55,883 nt of DNA, taken from NCBI GenBank assembly GCA_019828565.1, contig JAHDYR010000019.1, positions 1-55,883 on the forward strand, given 5' to 3'. Made by a program: the position numbers and the translations under genes. Position 1 is the stretch's first letter. Each line of letters begins with the position of its first letter. The notes under the pieces are model-generated. The model was given only the letters and a program-made list of their open reading frames with translations. It had not been told where the DNA came from and made no database searches. The stretch comes from Carpediemonas membranifera BICM. Lineage: Eukaryota; Protista; Fornicata. Shown one piece after another: positions 10,511 to 20,494 of the stretch.

Positions 10511-13108
10511 CTACTCACGGCATAGACAGCAAAGAAGCTCAACCCCGTCATCATCTTCAGACAGCACGCACTCCATATAGTCTTCTTCCCACTCAAGCGA
10601 CGTGTGAGTTGTGATGAACCCGAAAATGTCCTGAATAAGCCGGGAAAACTGGTCAAGATGAGATCTACTGGGCGTGTACTCCTGCTGCGTGTCCTCCCGT
10701 ATGCTCATCCACTGCTCTGACTCAAGACAGCAGCAGTGAATGCGAACCCGCCGAAGGTTGTCAAGCCTTGGCACTCCGTAATCCTGTCTGCCGGGAGATC
10801 GGTTATCTGTCACCAGGATATGAGCCATAGATGCCTGCTCCGTGAGTATTACCTTCTCGAGAATAGCCTTACGACGTTCAGCAGACTTTGCCATCTGATT
10901 CTTGATGAAGTCCCTCTCAAAGTATTCCTCCAGAAGATAGAACATCGGAATCATCAAGTGTTGGTAGCTTAGCGGCTGAGCGGTGAGTCGGGTGCTGACG
11001 TATAATGTTTGTGCGCTTACCGAGACCTTGTCCACAAGGCTGGGAGGCAGTATCTTGAGAGATGAGCTGTCAGTCTGCTGAAGAGCCATAGTCACGTGGA
11101 GAAGGTGACACATGCCTGCAGCAAGGAAATGAAATGATACTACTGAGTCGGTCGGTTTGACAGTCGAGTAGTACAACGCCTGGAGATATCCGATAAGGCG
11201 CATTATATCTTGGACTGGCTCTGGAAGGGCGATATAGTCCTCTCTGACGAGATTTGCCATGCGGACCCTGGCTGCGGACTGCTCATTGCACCCGGTAGTG
11301 CGATCAACACTGGTCCCCGTGGACATGCGAAGCAGCTTATGGTTGAGATCTTGGTTCCTGAGCACGGTAGCTTGATCACGCCCGCGCAATGAGTAGCGCT
11401 TGAACTGATTGCACATCGCAGCGACTTGCTCCAGCAGGTTGTGCGAATCGTGCATGATGGGAGGACAGAGGACAATGCGATCCAGAGGAATCACTCGGTC
11501 AGACTCTTCAGTCTTCGCGAAGATGACAGGGTGGTCAGTGCCAAGGTGAAAGTCGCCATAAAGTGCAAACGGATCAGAGGTGCGGTGTCTATCAGCAACA
11601 AGTTCCGAGAAGGCCTTCTTGAAGCGTACCACGTCGGCTAGGGTGACCCTGTTGGTGTTTGCAATTGGGCGAAGAGCCTTGTCGGTCACCCGAACGGAGC
11701 TGAAAGGCGAAGGGTAGTGTGCTTGCCCTGTCTTGACCGAGATCATCTTGGCCATAGCAGGATGATCACCAAGGAGGATCACCTGGTCAAATGATGTGAC
11801 TTGGCCGGTGTTCCGGATCGGTACTCTTGCCATATAGAGAGCCTCGATGGCCTTCTCAATCTTGCCCAGAGTGTCTGGCTCAAAGAGATCTTTCTCCTGT
11901 TTCATAAACTCCATAACACGAAATGGGGGAGTGATCCGGTTGGGTAATGTGAAGCCGCTGGGGTCGTAGAGACGAATCTTAACGGCAGTCGTACCCCCCT
12001 TCCATCCGTCTAACCAGAAGATAATCTTCAATGGCTGCCAGTCGGCGCTGGGTTGAGTAAGCCTTCGCATGCAGGATTCGTACCCGGGCTTGTCAGTCTC
12101 GAGCCATTCCGGGTGGGTTACAGCCTGAGTCACAAACCTTACAGTGCTAAACCAGACCTCGACCATCGCGTCCCAGGTGCTACTGTGCATACGCTTAACC
12201 AACGATGTATGAGGGATCTGTTCCAGTGTAGTCCGATGCTCTGCTGCTTCCTGTTCGGAGGCATAGTGGATGATAAGCAGCGGCTTGTCGTATGTGTGTG
12301 TGATGATGAGGTCTGATGAGAGAGCAGTCGCCATCTGTCCGTCTTCGTTCAGCCTGATCGTGTTAGTGCACTCTAGAGGAGTCAGCTCTCCTTCTCGTGT
12401 CATGCGACCTGTGGTGTTGCTGATGCGTGTCTCAATCGGTACGAGATGAGTCAGGAAACGTGTTTCAGCGGGCGTAAGAGCTTGATGAAGACCGGAGACA
12501 TGAAGTATGTTGCACCTTAGCTCCTTGAGTATGACCCCGGCGGGTTTGTGTCGGGGTATAGGCAGGTTCATCCTTCTTGAGAGTCGATTAACAAACTTGT
12601 AGGAGTCCTGGGTGTTGTTGAAGCCAGCACGGATGTAGTCGAGGATCGACGTCAGCTCCAAGATGTTCATCAGGTTGTCAGAGCGACTCTGGAGGTCACT
12701 CAGCTCCGTTGATATGTCTGAAACTTGAGCATCGCGGCGAGTCACGTCCGTAGAAAACACGATAAAGCCCATACGGGCTTGGTAATGGGCATGTGCGGCA
12801 TTGCGTAGGTTTCGTCTATCGCTAGGGTCGACATAAAATCGATTGTCGGCTGCCTGAAGACCATCTTGACGCATTGCATGTGCTAGGTTGCTGAATTGTC
12901 GACGCTGCGCTGCCAGATTACTGCCTTGATTGCCAGACGGCACAATGGCATAGTATGTGCACGCGAGAAGGGTGTTCAGCCGTTCTGGTGAGTACGGTGG
13001 GGACGTGTCGTTGTAAACAGTGCCTATCGCTGATTGATAGACTATGTACATGCCCTGCCGAATTCTGAGAATTTTCGCAGTCGTTTCACGAGTCCCGTGA
13101 AATTTCAC
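10511..13108 (-). CDS. Transib/RAG1/Chapaev-like DDE transposase (unit 1)
   Basis: FWLDG (D1), LLGDHPAM..YPSPFS (D2 plus degenerate CxxC), PPIMH, YQH, LEEYFE (E). The order resembles the RAG1/Transib core. Homologous to 16421-18975. Confidence 0.6.
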   Translation of the reverse strand: MKFHGTRETTAKILRIRQGMYIVYQSAIGTVYNDTSPPYSPERLNTLLACTYYAIVPSGNQGSNLAAQRRQFSNLAHAMRQDGLQAADNRFYVDPSDRRNLRNAAHAHYQARMGFIVFSTDVTRRDAQVSDISTELSDLQSRSDNLMNILELTSILDYIRAGFNNTQDSYKFVNRLSRRMNLPIPRHKPAGVILKELRCNILHVSGLHQALTPAETRFLTHLVPIETRISNTTGRMTREGELTPLECTNTIRLNEDGQMATALSSDLIITHTYDKPLLIIHYASEQEAAEHRTTLEQIPHTSLVKRMHSSTWDAMVEVWFSTVRFVTQAVTHPEWLETDKPGYESCMRRLTQPSADWQPLKIIFWLDGWKGGTTAVKIRLYDPSGFTLPNRITPPFRVMEFMKQEKDLFEPDTLGKIEKAIEALYMARVPIRNTGQVTSFDQVILLGDHPAMAKMISVKTGQAHYPSPFSSVRVTDKALRPIANTNRVTLADVVRFKKAFSELVADRHRTSDPFALYGDFHLGTDHPVIFAKTEESDRVIPLDRIVLCPPIMHDSHNLLEQVAAMCNQFKRYSLRGRDQATVLRNQDLNHKLLRMSTGTSVDRTTGCNEQSAARVRMANLVREDYIALPEPVQDIMRLIGYLQALYYSTVKPTDSVVSFHFLAAGMCHLLHVTMALQQTDSSSLKILPPSLVDKVSVSAQTLYVSTRLTAQPLSYQHLMIPMFYLLEEYFERDFIKNQMAKSAERRKAILEKVILTEQASMAHILVTDNRSPGRQDYGVPRLDNLRRVRIHCCCLESEQWMSIREDTQQEYTPSRSHLDQFSRLIQDIFGFITTHTSLEWEEDYMECVLSEDDDGVELLCCLCRE

Positions 13109-13574
13109 ATTTCACATATTTTCACGAAACGAGATCAGTGCGATTGCGACAGCTGGGAGCTGAAAAGCGGCAGATATGCCTGTAACAAGGATCTATAACA
13201 CCTCCTGAAGTTAGACTGCTGATAGCTAGTCTCGTTGTCGAGTTCTGAGGTTGCACAAAAAAGTTGAATCTGAATTTCACGGTCAATATTGACCTAGATC
13301 GCGAAAGTGAAGGTGTAAGAAAAGGCTAACTCGCCAACGAGAGCAGCTAGAGGAAAATGGTAAAGGGTTTTGCAATCAGCATCCCCTGAGGAGTTCAGTT
13401 TCACACAGATGAGGATTTGAGAAAGCTCCCCTTTCACAACGTCTTTGGGCACCTTCGACGGCGTTGATTAACATGAAGCATACCAGTGGCCCTTATAGGC
13501 TATGATACACATCTACTGTTGGCGAAATGTTCTGCAATGTTGTCATCGACGAGATATGGTACCACATTTTTTAT

Positions 13575-13687
13575 ATCTCAAGATTGATGAGGTGCAATCA
13601 CTAACCGAGCATAGAAGGGTGCTGTATGAAGGTCATATAGCACCCCAGTATGTTCAGTTAGAGATTGCACCTCACCAATCCCGAGAT
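13575..13687. repeat. ~110-bp imperfect palindrome/hairpin
   Basis: Arms tgaggtgcaatc/gattgcacctca, gagcata/tatgttc and gtgctgtatga/tcatatagcac around a 3-nt loop. Confidence 0.85.
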
Positions 13688-13962
13688 CGTGTGATTGAAT
13701 CAATAGAACCCAGCGACTGTGACATCGCTGAGAGCTGAAACCAAGAGAGGATGTATAAACAGTAGTACTGAGCTTGCTTACAGACCAGCTTGTCATGTCG
13801 ACCACTTTTCACCAACTACATAAAATGCGTTTCCCTATTTACTCGCCGATGAGCAAAGCAATGCTCGACAACGATGTAAGATATGCGTTATTCATCTATA
13901 AAGCACCTGCTGTAGTATTTAAATCGGCTTCAGGGGTTCTAGTTTCGGATATCGCCATTTTC

Positions 13963-14011
13963 ACTTCCTCATGATTTCCTCAGGCATCGAAACCCCGTTT
14001 TTAACAGTATG
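13963..14011 (+). repeat. 49-bp terminal repeat (right end of unit 1)
   Basis: acttcctcatgatttcctcaggcatcgaaaccccgtttttaacagtatg, identical to 27710-27758, with unrelated flanks. Confidence 0.9.
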
Positions 14012-14497
14012 ACCACGCGGCGCCCAACGATCCTCGATCTCAACCCGGAGATCCGAAGCTCTGCCGACCTGGTGCCGCCGATGCTCGATGACTGGCTTTA
14101 CAACAGGCTCAAGGCCAGAATGATCGAGCTTCACGATACTAAGAAGAAAGAGAGGCAAAGCGAGGCTGACAAGGAGGCGGAGTTCGGCTCGCCGACTCGC
14201 GAGACAGAGATGCCAGAGGGCGAGAGAGAGGGCGATACTGACGAGGAGGCGGTGTCCGACGAGCCAGCTTACCAGGCAGAGTGGATGCACTACGAGGTGC
14301 CAGCTCGCGAGGAGAGCGCCTTTGGTGAGGAGGTGGACTTATGCAAGAGTGCCGATGAGGAACCAAAGATCGACCACGACGAGCATGGCGGGGAGGTGGC
14401 GGGCAGAGATGGTGATGGGGAGATTCAAGAGAACGTGATTGATGAGGAGCGCTCAGAGAGCGATATTGCCGACAGTATCGTCTTTTCCTTCATCTGA
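14009..14497 (+). CDS. Acidic hypothetical protein, possibly the 3' part of a gene interrupted by unit 1
   Basis: E/D-rich 162-aa ORF whose ATG is the last 3 nt of the terminal repeat. Confidence 0.4.
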   Translation: MTTRRPTILDLNPEIRSSADLVPPMLDDWLYNRLKARMIELHDTKKKERQSEADKEAEFGSPTRETEMPEGEREGDTDEEAVSDEPAYQAEWMHYEVPAREESAFGEEVDLCKSADEEPKIDHDEHGGEVAGRDGDGEIQENVIDEERSESDIADSIVFSFI

Positions 14498-14661
14498 CAT
14501 TGTAAAGAGGAAGAGTTTATGATTGGAGCATAGCTGATGTCCATAAACACCATTCATAAGCCAGTCCTGTCTTGTTTTCCACTGCTACTTCTCTCGTTGC
14601 GACGCACAGCTAGCTGTCGCGAAATGCACTTTAAGACCAATTTTCACACAGCTACCTGTGC

Positions 14662-15957
14662 ATGGTGTTCGAGCTAGATAGCGACAAGCTGGAGCGACTT
14701 ACTTCCTTACCTGGTAATAGTAGACAATATCTGCACGACTTTGAACCTGAAAAGCTGCAGGTCGTGATCAAAGTTGATGAGCATTATGATATGGAGGTTC
14801 CCACCCTGCTAGCGCTCAAGGACAGTCCGCATGTCCTCCCTGTAGTCGATACAGGTTTTGTCGACCGTGATCCAGCCTTCATGGCTCCTTTGGTCAACTG
14901 TACCCCCTTCGCTGACATCTGCCAGGCTCACTCCAGCGTGCAGTTCCGCTATGTTTCGCATCTGCTGCAGGCAGTATGCTACATGCATGACCACGGGGTT
15001 GTCCACTGCGATATTAAGCCAGACAACTTCCTCTTCAGCAAGAGTCAGAAGGGATACCTCATTGATTTTGGGTCTGCAATGAGGAAGCCGGCTAATGGCG
15101 ACGACAGGTGGGCCATACAACTGAGATTTGTATCCGAGTATCGCGGCACCCATGGATATTTGCCCCCAGAGCTGTTCTACGAGTACCTTGTCTCGCGCTC
15201 AGTGATTACTGCTGCACGCGACACCTCCAAGCTCGCGCGCATGACGGCAGGGGCTCTTTCCGTCACTTCTTATGTCGTGACACCTGCATCGGACATTTAC
15301 TCTTGCGGTATTGTCATTATGATGCTCTTTTACGGTCTCCCCAAGTCCCCCTTTGCCGCGAAGGTGACTGACATGGGTGCAAACATGGCGCAGATCGACA
15401 ACAAGAAGAAGAAGAAGATGCTGAAGCTTGGTAGCTTGCTGAACTGGTGCCACTTCTATGGTGGGCAGTTGCAGTTGTCACGTAAGACACTCGAACCGCT
15501 CAGAGATTGTCTCAACTTCGTGAACGTGAACTCTGCACTACCGATTCGCGGCACCACGCCACCCACTTGCCTCGGAATGTACGACCTGGCAATGCAGATG
15601 CTCCACTTCGACCCAACAAAGCGTCCCACTGCTGCCGAATGTCTTGAAAAGCTCAAGGTCATCATGCGCGTGCATGAATGCGTCGCCAAGACCAGTCCGC
15701 TCCTCTTGGATGATACTGAACAGGTCTTACTCTCTGTAGATCAGCGAAAGAGAATGGTCGACTGCTGCCAACGGGGGTTTGAGGGTCAAGTCTTCTATCG
15801 GCGCTGCATAGTGTGTGGTAGAGACCTTCATGGACGCGAGAAAGTCAGCTGTGACACATGCCACAAGGGATACAGGCAGGTGAGCACCAATAAGTGCGCA
15901 AAAGGTGTGCGCGGAAGACTGCACAGGCAGTTTATTGCGATGATTGAGCGGACGTAA
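14662..15957 (+). CDS. Ser/Thr protein kinase with C-terminal CxxC..CxxC
   Basis: VVIK, HCDIKPDNFL, DFG, GTHGYLPPE, SDIYSCG, RPTAAECL. Confidence 0.92.
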   Translation: MVFELDSDKLERLTSLPGNSRQYLHDFEPEKLQVVIKVDEHYDMEVPTLLALKDSPHVLPVVDTGFVDRDPAFMAPLVNCTPFADICQAHSSVQFRYVSHLLQAVCYMHDHGVVHCDIKPDNFLFSKSQKGYLIDFGSAMRKPANGDDRWAIQLRFVSEYRGTHGYLPPELFYEYLVSRSVITAARDTSKLARMTAGALSVTSYVVTPASDIYSCGIVIMMLFYGLPKSPFAAKVTDMGANMAQIDNKKKKKMLKLGSLLNWCHFYGGQLQLSRKTLEPLRDCLNFVNVNSALPIRGTTPPTCLGMYDLAMQMLHFDPTKRPTAAECLEKLKVIMRVHECVAKTSPLLLDDTEQVLLSVDQRKRMVDCCQRGFEGQVFYRRCIVCGRDLHGREKVSCDTCHKGYRQVSTNKCAKGVRGRLHRQFIAMIERT

Positions 15958-16420
15958 AGAGATTGATACTTTCTGTGATGCAGGAATGAGATCAATGCTG
16001 CTGACAGGTCTCGAGATGGCAGAGGTGCTGGAGAAGAGAGAGCAGAAAAGGCATCAGAAGTAAATGAACGAGGTAAATTCCAGTTCGCCGGAGATGATAT
16101 CCTTCCTCGTACGCGGCATGTGTCTTGGGTCTTAAGTTCGCCATTTTAATCTCGTTGCGAGCATAAAATGCACACTTGTGCATTCGAGTACAATGACGAA
16201 ATCCCTCAATATGCTACCAGCAGTGCATTTAATAACCAATATCAACGCCGAAACGCGTGTAGTTCGGAGCCATGTAGTTGTTTGCGCTCGTTTGTCCCCC
16301 TATTACCGAAACTGGTGCTGTACTCTAGAAAATCACTAACAACATCAACTCCTTTTCTCCGCAATGCAGATGAGAATGCCTATTCTCGCGATCTATAACT
16401 ACCAATCATGTTTTCATTCT

Positions 16421-18975
16421 TTACTCATACTTGCCACAGATGCACACATCCAGTGAGATCTCTCCTTCCTCATGGACATCGATGTCTAACCATTGCCCGT
16501 CAAACACGAGCCCTACCTGCCTCAACACCTTCTTCCATAGACCATCCACTTGACCTTCAAACAGAGGTAACAGTTTCTGACAGTCTCCCTCGTCCAATGT
16601 TCCAGTGCCCTCGCTCCGAATACGGATCCAGTGTTTGGCGTCCTTGCAGCAGCGATGAACGCGCATTGTCTTCAGACGTATTTGGTGGGGAACGTCTGTT
16701 GACTGTCGCCCATACGAGACGACGCCACGGAGGAATCGGTAAAACAACTCGACCTGCTCCTTCAATATCGTTCTCTCAAGGACCATCTGGTTGCGCCTTA
16801 AGTGTACTCTACTTTCCTGATTGCCAATAAAGTCGCGCTCGAATGACTCCTCAATAATCCGGCCAAGTGGGACTCGGATTTTTGACTGAATCTCCGGCAA
16901 CACAGCAACTCGCGCTAAGCCATGAAGTGTGTCGATGGAGGGAGCCTTCTTGGCTACCTTAGACGGCGGCCGGATTGGAATAGACTCCGACACGGTGCTG
17001 GTCGTGCTCAGACACATTGTCAGTGAAAAGAGGTGAACAAGCAACGCTGTCAGTCGATGCCAGGTGATAATGTCATCTGTGGCCTCCTCGTGAGAGTAAT
17101 AATGCTCTTGCAGGTAGGCAACGAGTCTGAAAAGTGGCTGAACGGGGGAGGGAATGCCATGTAGAGACCGTTTCCAATTGACGCGATCATCTTCCTCCCC
17201 TTCACTTGCTCATTACAGCCAGTCGTGCGACTGGGAGGTTCAAACTTAGCCAGCCTGGCGAGGTCAGCGTTTCTGGCCTTCTTGGTCTTGATTTCCTCCG
17301 GGGTAGAGTCTGGGTCGACCTCAATTGGCTTGAACATCCGACAAATGTTGTGTATCAAGGAGACGAAGTCATGACTGAGGTGCATGATCGGCGGGACAAG
17401 GAAGATTTTGCCCCTATCGAGAGTTGGGTCATCCGAGTTCTCGAATAGGCTGGGCATGATGCACTTATTCTTCTTGTTGTAGAACGACCCCCACTTCTTC
17501 TCTCTATCCAGGACTGTCTTGTCCTCAACAGACATCTTCTTCGCATACATCACGTCTGCAATCGTGTTTCGTGGGGTGAGACCGAATGGGCTCCAGGCCT
17601 TGTTGTCAGCATGTACCGAGCTGAATGGAGAGGGATAGCTGCCGCCAATCAAGGTTCCACAGACTTTTGACATCGCTGGGTGGTCTGCGATGAACATAAC
17701 GCGAGTGACACGGCACAGGAGACCGGTATTTCTCACCTCAAGTGACTCGCGATGGGTACTCTCGACTGAGCGCTCGATGAAGTCGAAGAATTCTCCAATG
17801 CGCTTCTCTGGTCCGTTGTACTCGAGTATGCGGAAGGGTGGTGTTCCGCCTGACGGGAAGACTTTGCCGGAGACATCGATAAACCGAACCTTCACAGATG
17901 TAGTCAACCCTCGCCATCCATCGACCCAGACGAGAAGATCAAGCGGCACTGTCTGAGTCTCTTCAGCTTGAGTCTGCGCTGTCAACTGCTTGCCCACGTT
18001 CTTACGAGCAGCCCTTGACCTCTCGAGATCGATAGGCGAAGCCACCGCCTGGCGATAGTACCGCATGAGGTCAAACTCAGCGTGTTGCACATGGGAATAC
18101 CTGCCGCTAGACTGGAGACGCGGGTTGAGACCGGCTCTCTTCATCACGTCATTATGTGCAGTTCGCTTCATTGCCGATTCGTAGAAGATGCACACCGTCG
18201 TACCTCTGAGCACTTCAGTGTTATAGTCGTCGCCGTCGAATGTAGCGTTGACTTGTTCGAGGTCTGCGTCGACGTGGGTAATCAGGTCGAGGTCATACTC
18301 GCGGTGATCCTTGTCCGTCCTCTTTGCTCGTGTCTCTTGAGTGATCGCCATGGGTATGTAGCCCTTTAGGGCCTTTTTCAAGTTCCTATGCGACTTGACA
18401 ATGGTCTCAACGTCTGCGATGTTCCGAATGCTGCACTGAAGCGACTTGACTTGGTTTGTGACCTGATTGATGTTGATAATGTCAAGGTTGAGTCTCTGTG
18501 CAAGGGCTTGCATGATGTGAATCTCGTCATTGACTGCATTCACGCCGATCGTGATGGCCCTGAGCTCGTTGGACACCTGCAGAAGACGTTCAGTGTCAGC
18601 AATACGCTTACGTAGACGAGCATTCTCTGCCTCGAGGCCGAAGCTATCAGAATGCAGAACATATGCACCAACGTAAAGGTGACTGGGACCAGAGCGGTGT
18701 GCCTTCTTCTCCTTTGAGATGCTAGTGGATGATGGCGCTGGGTAGAGATTGCTAGAAATAGCCTCACGCGATACAGCGCCGATATTGATTAGTTCCTGCG
18801 CGATGCGGGCTAGCTCGAGCCTTTGCTGGTGTTTGGAGGTATCAAATCCGTTAATACGGCGATCCACTGCGTCAATCGAGAGCCAGACGCTGCAAAGGAT
18901 GGTATTGATGTCATCAGTGCCCTCCGGAGCATAGATAGATCCGTTAGACAGTTTCCACTTCAGTTGAAGCGCCAT
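16421..18975 (-). CDS. Transib/RAG1/Chapaev-like DDE transposase (unit 2), one frameshift
   Basis: VWVDG, FIADHPAM..YPSPFS, PPIMH, TTGCNEQ, IEESFERDF. A shift near the G-run at ~17145 restores QPLFRLVAYLQEHYY, which aligns with unit 1. Confidence 0.6.
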
Positions 18976-19040
18976 CTGTCAGTCGCTCTTTCAAGAATTC
19001 TAAAGATCCTAAAAATGCGTGACTTCGAGAAGATCATCTA

Positions 19041-20276
19041 ATGCCAGCCACGGAACTAGAGATGAAGCGTGGAAATGAAGGAACTACTCCGGACACCCGA
19101 GAGACGAACTCTCAGAAACGCAAGCCGATGGTCAGGTGGAATGACGCCGCAAAGAGCGAATGCAGGTCGGCTCTCATGATTGGTATGCTCAAGGCATTCT
19201 TTTGCATCACCGTTGATGTGTTTGGAACGGATATGACTGGTCTATCTGTCCGTAAGGTGGCGAATGCCTACAATCACATCATCTCGGTGTACTTGCAGCC
19301 CTGCCACCCTGATCCGACATTCTTTGATGGTATCAAGTCCCTCACGGCTGTATCGCAGGGTAGGCTTGTCATTGGGCATGTTAAGGAGTGGGCAACCCAG
19401 TCTTGCCACTGCAACATCGGCATTTCTGATCAGGCTCCTTCGAGAGTGTTTCATAACCTTTCTCGGGCCCCCAACCCGGTGCGATCGGAGCTTCTGACCG
19501 CGATGAAGAAGATTTTCACGAGAGTTGGCCTGGACGTCCCCCAGAATTTTGATTCGCGTCCTCTGTCCCTTAATCTGGTGGACCTTTCGGCACCCGACAT
19601 ATTTACTGGTCGGACGAAGACGTTTTTCAAGACAGCAGAAATCCCCCATTCCGTGCCGCAAGTGAAGCAGGAGGTGAAGGTTGACCCCGTTCGACCCTCT
19701 GAGTCTATCTCTAAGCGTAACGTCATGCTACTCGATGACGTCCATCGCATGACACAGCGCATGTCGGAAGATCTCTCTCAGCTCAAAGAACGGCCGGTAA
19801 CCGCTGATTCAGACTCTGACGATGATGGAGAGAACCTCCTTGACTTGCAGAAGAGGATGCTTGCCTTCTGTTGCGGCCATTGCCACAGCTTGGACTGGGT
19901 TGGCAATCTCAACACGTCAAAGTTTGTCTCGTGTGGAGAGTGCGGCAGGAACTTTCATGACAATTCCGTTTGCGTGCCTGCTCGTCCGGAGAAATGTTCA
20001 AAGACTGCCAACTGGACGAAAGAAGCCAACAGAAAGAAGTCCTCGTGGAAGTTCACATGCCAGGCTTGTGTCCAGGAGAAGACTTGTTTCGCATGCCAGA
20101 AGAACGCCTCGGTATATCATTGTCGGATGTGTGGGCACTGGTTCTGTGGTAACAAGGGCTGTATGGGCACCACTGCCGTGAAGGTCGTCATTGACGGCGT
20201 GAATATTCCCAAGATCCGTCTTTGTGACGATTGCCTTGAGAACTTCAAGTCGGTGGTTCAACAGTCGGAGCAGTAA
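19041..20276 (+). CDS. PHD-like plus second Zn-finger protein (paralogue of 2661-3871)
   Basis: CGHC..CGEC..H..C..CQAC then CFAC/CRMC/C..C/CDDC. Same architecture and shared DW..N..FV.C pattern. Confidence 0.75.
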   Translation: MPATELEMKRGNEGTTPDTRETNSQKRKPMVRWNDAAKSECRSALMIGMLKAFFCITVDVFGTDMTGLSVRKVANAYNHIISVYLQPCHPDPTFFDGIKSLTAVSQGRLVIGHVKEWATQSCHCNIGISDQAPSRVFHNLSRAPNPVRSELLTAMKKIFTRVGLDVPQNFDSRPLSLNLVDLSAPDIFTGRTKTFFKTAEIPHSVPQVKQEVKVDPVRPSESISKRNVMLLDDVHRMTQRMSEDLSQLKERPVTADSDSDDDGENLLDLQKRMLAFCCGHCHSLDWVGNLNTSKFVSCGECGRNFHDNSVCVPARPEKCSKTANWTKEANRKKSSWKFTCQACVQEKTCFACQKNASVYHCRMCGHWFCGNKGCMGTTAVKVVIDGVNIPKIRLCDDCLENFKSVVQQSEQ

Positions 20277-20494
20277 AGATACAATTGAATCTTTTCAACC
20301 ATATTTTCATGAAGATAGATCCAATGAAACTATGTACCATGAGCCCGATTGCTCAGTGATTATGTGATAATCCTGTGTGACCCAGGACAGCGTGCTCCTG
20401 GAATCAACAGGGCACAAAACACCCTGCGTATTCCGGTAGCACACCGTTCTGACTCATACGTCCGTCTCTGGTTGTCGTATACAGGTCTATTTAC

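Larger units (their letters stand above)
1..14011. mobile_element. Giant cargo-carrying DNA transposon, unit 1 (Transib/RAG1/Chapaev-like)
   Basis: Bounded by inverted copies of a 49-bp repeat (error-rich and lacking the first 5 nt at the window start; intact at 13963-14011). Contains a DDE-like transposase ORF (10511-13108) plus 7 cargo genes. TSD not testable because the left flank is outside the window. Confidence 0.6.
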
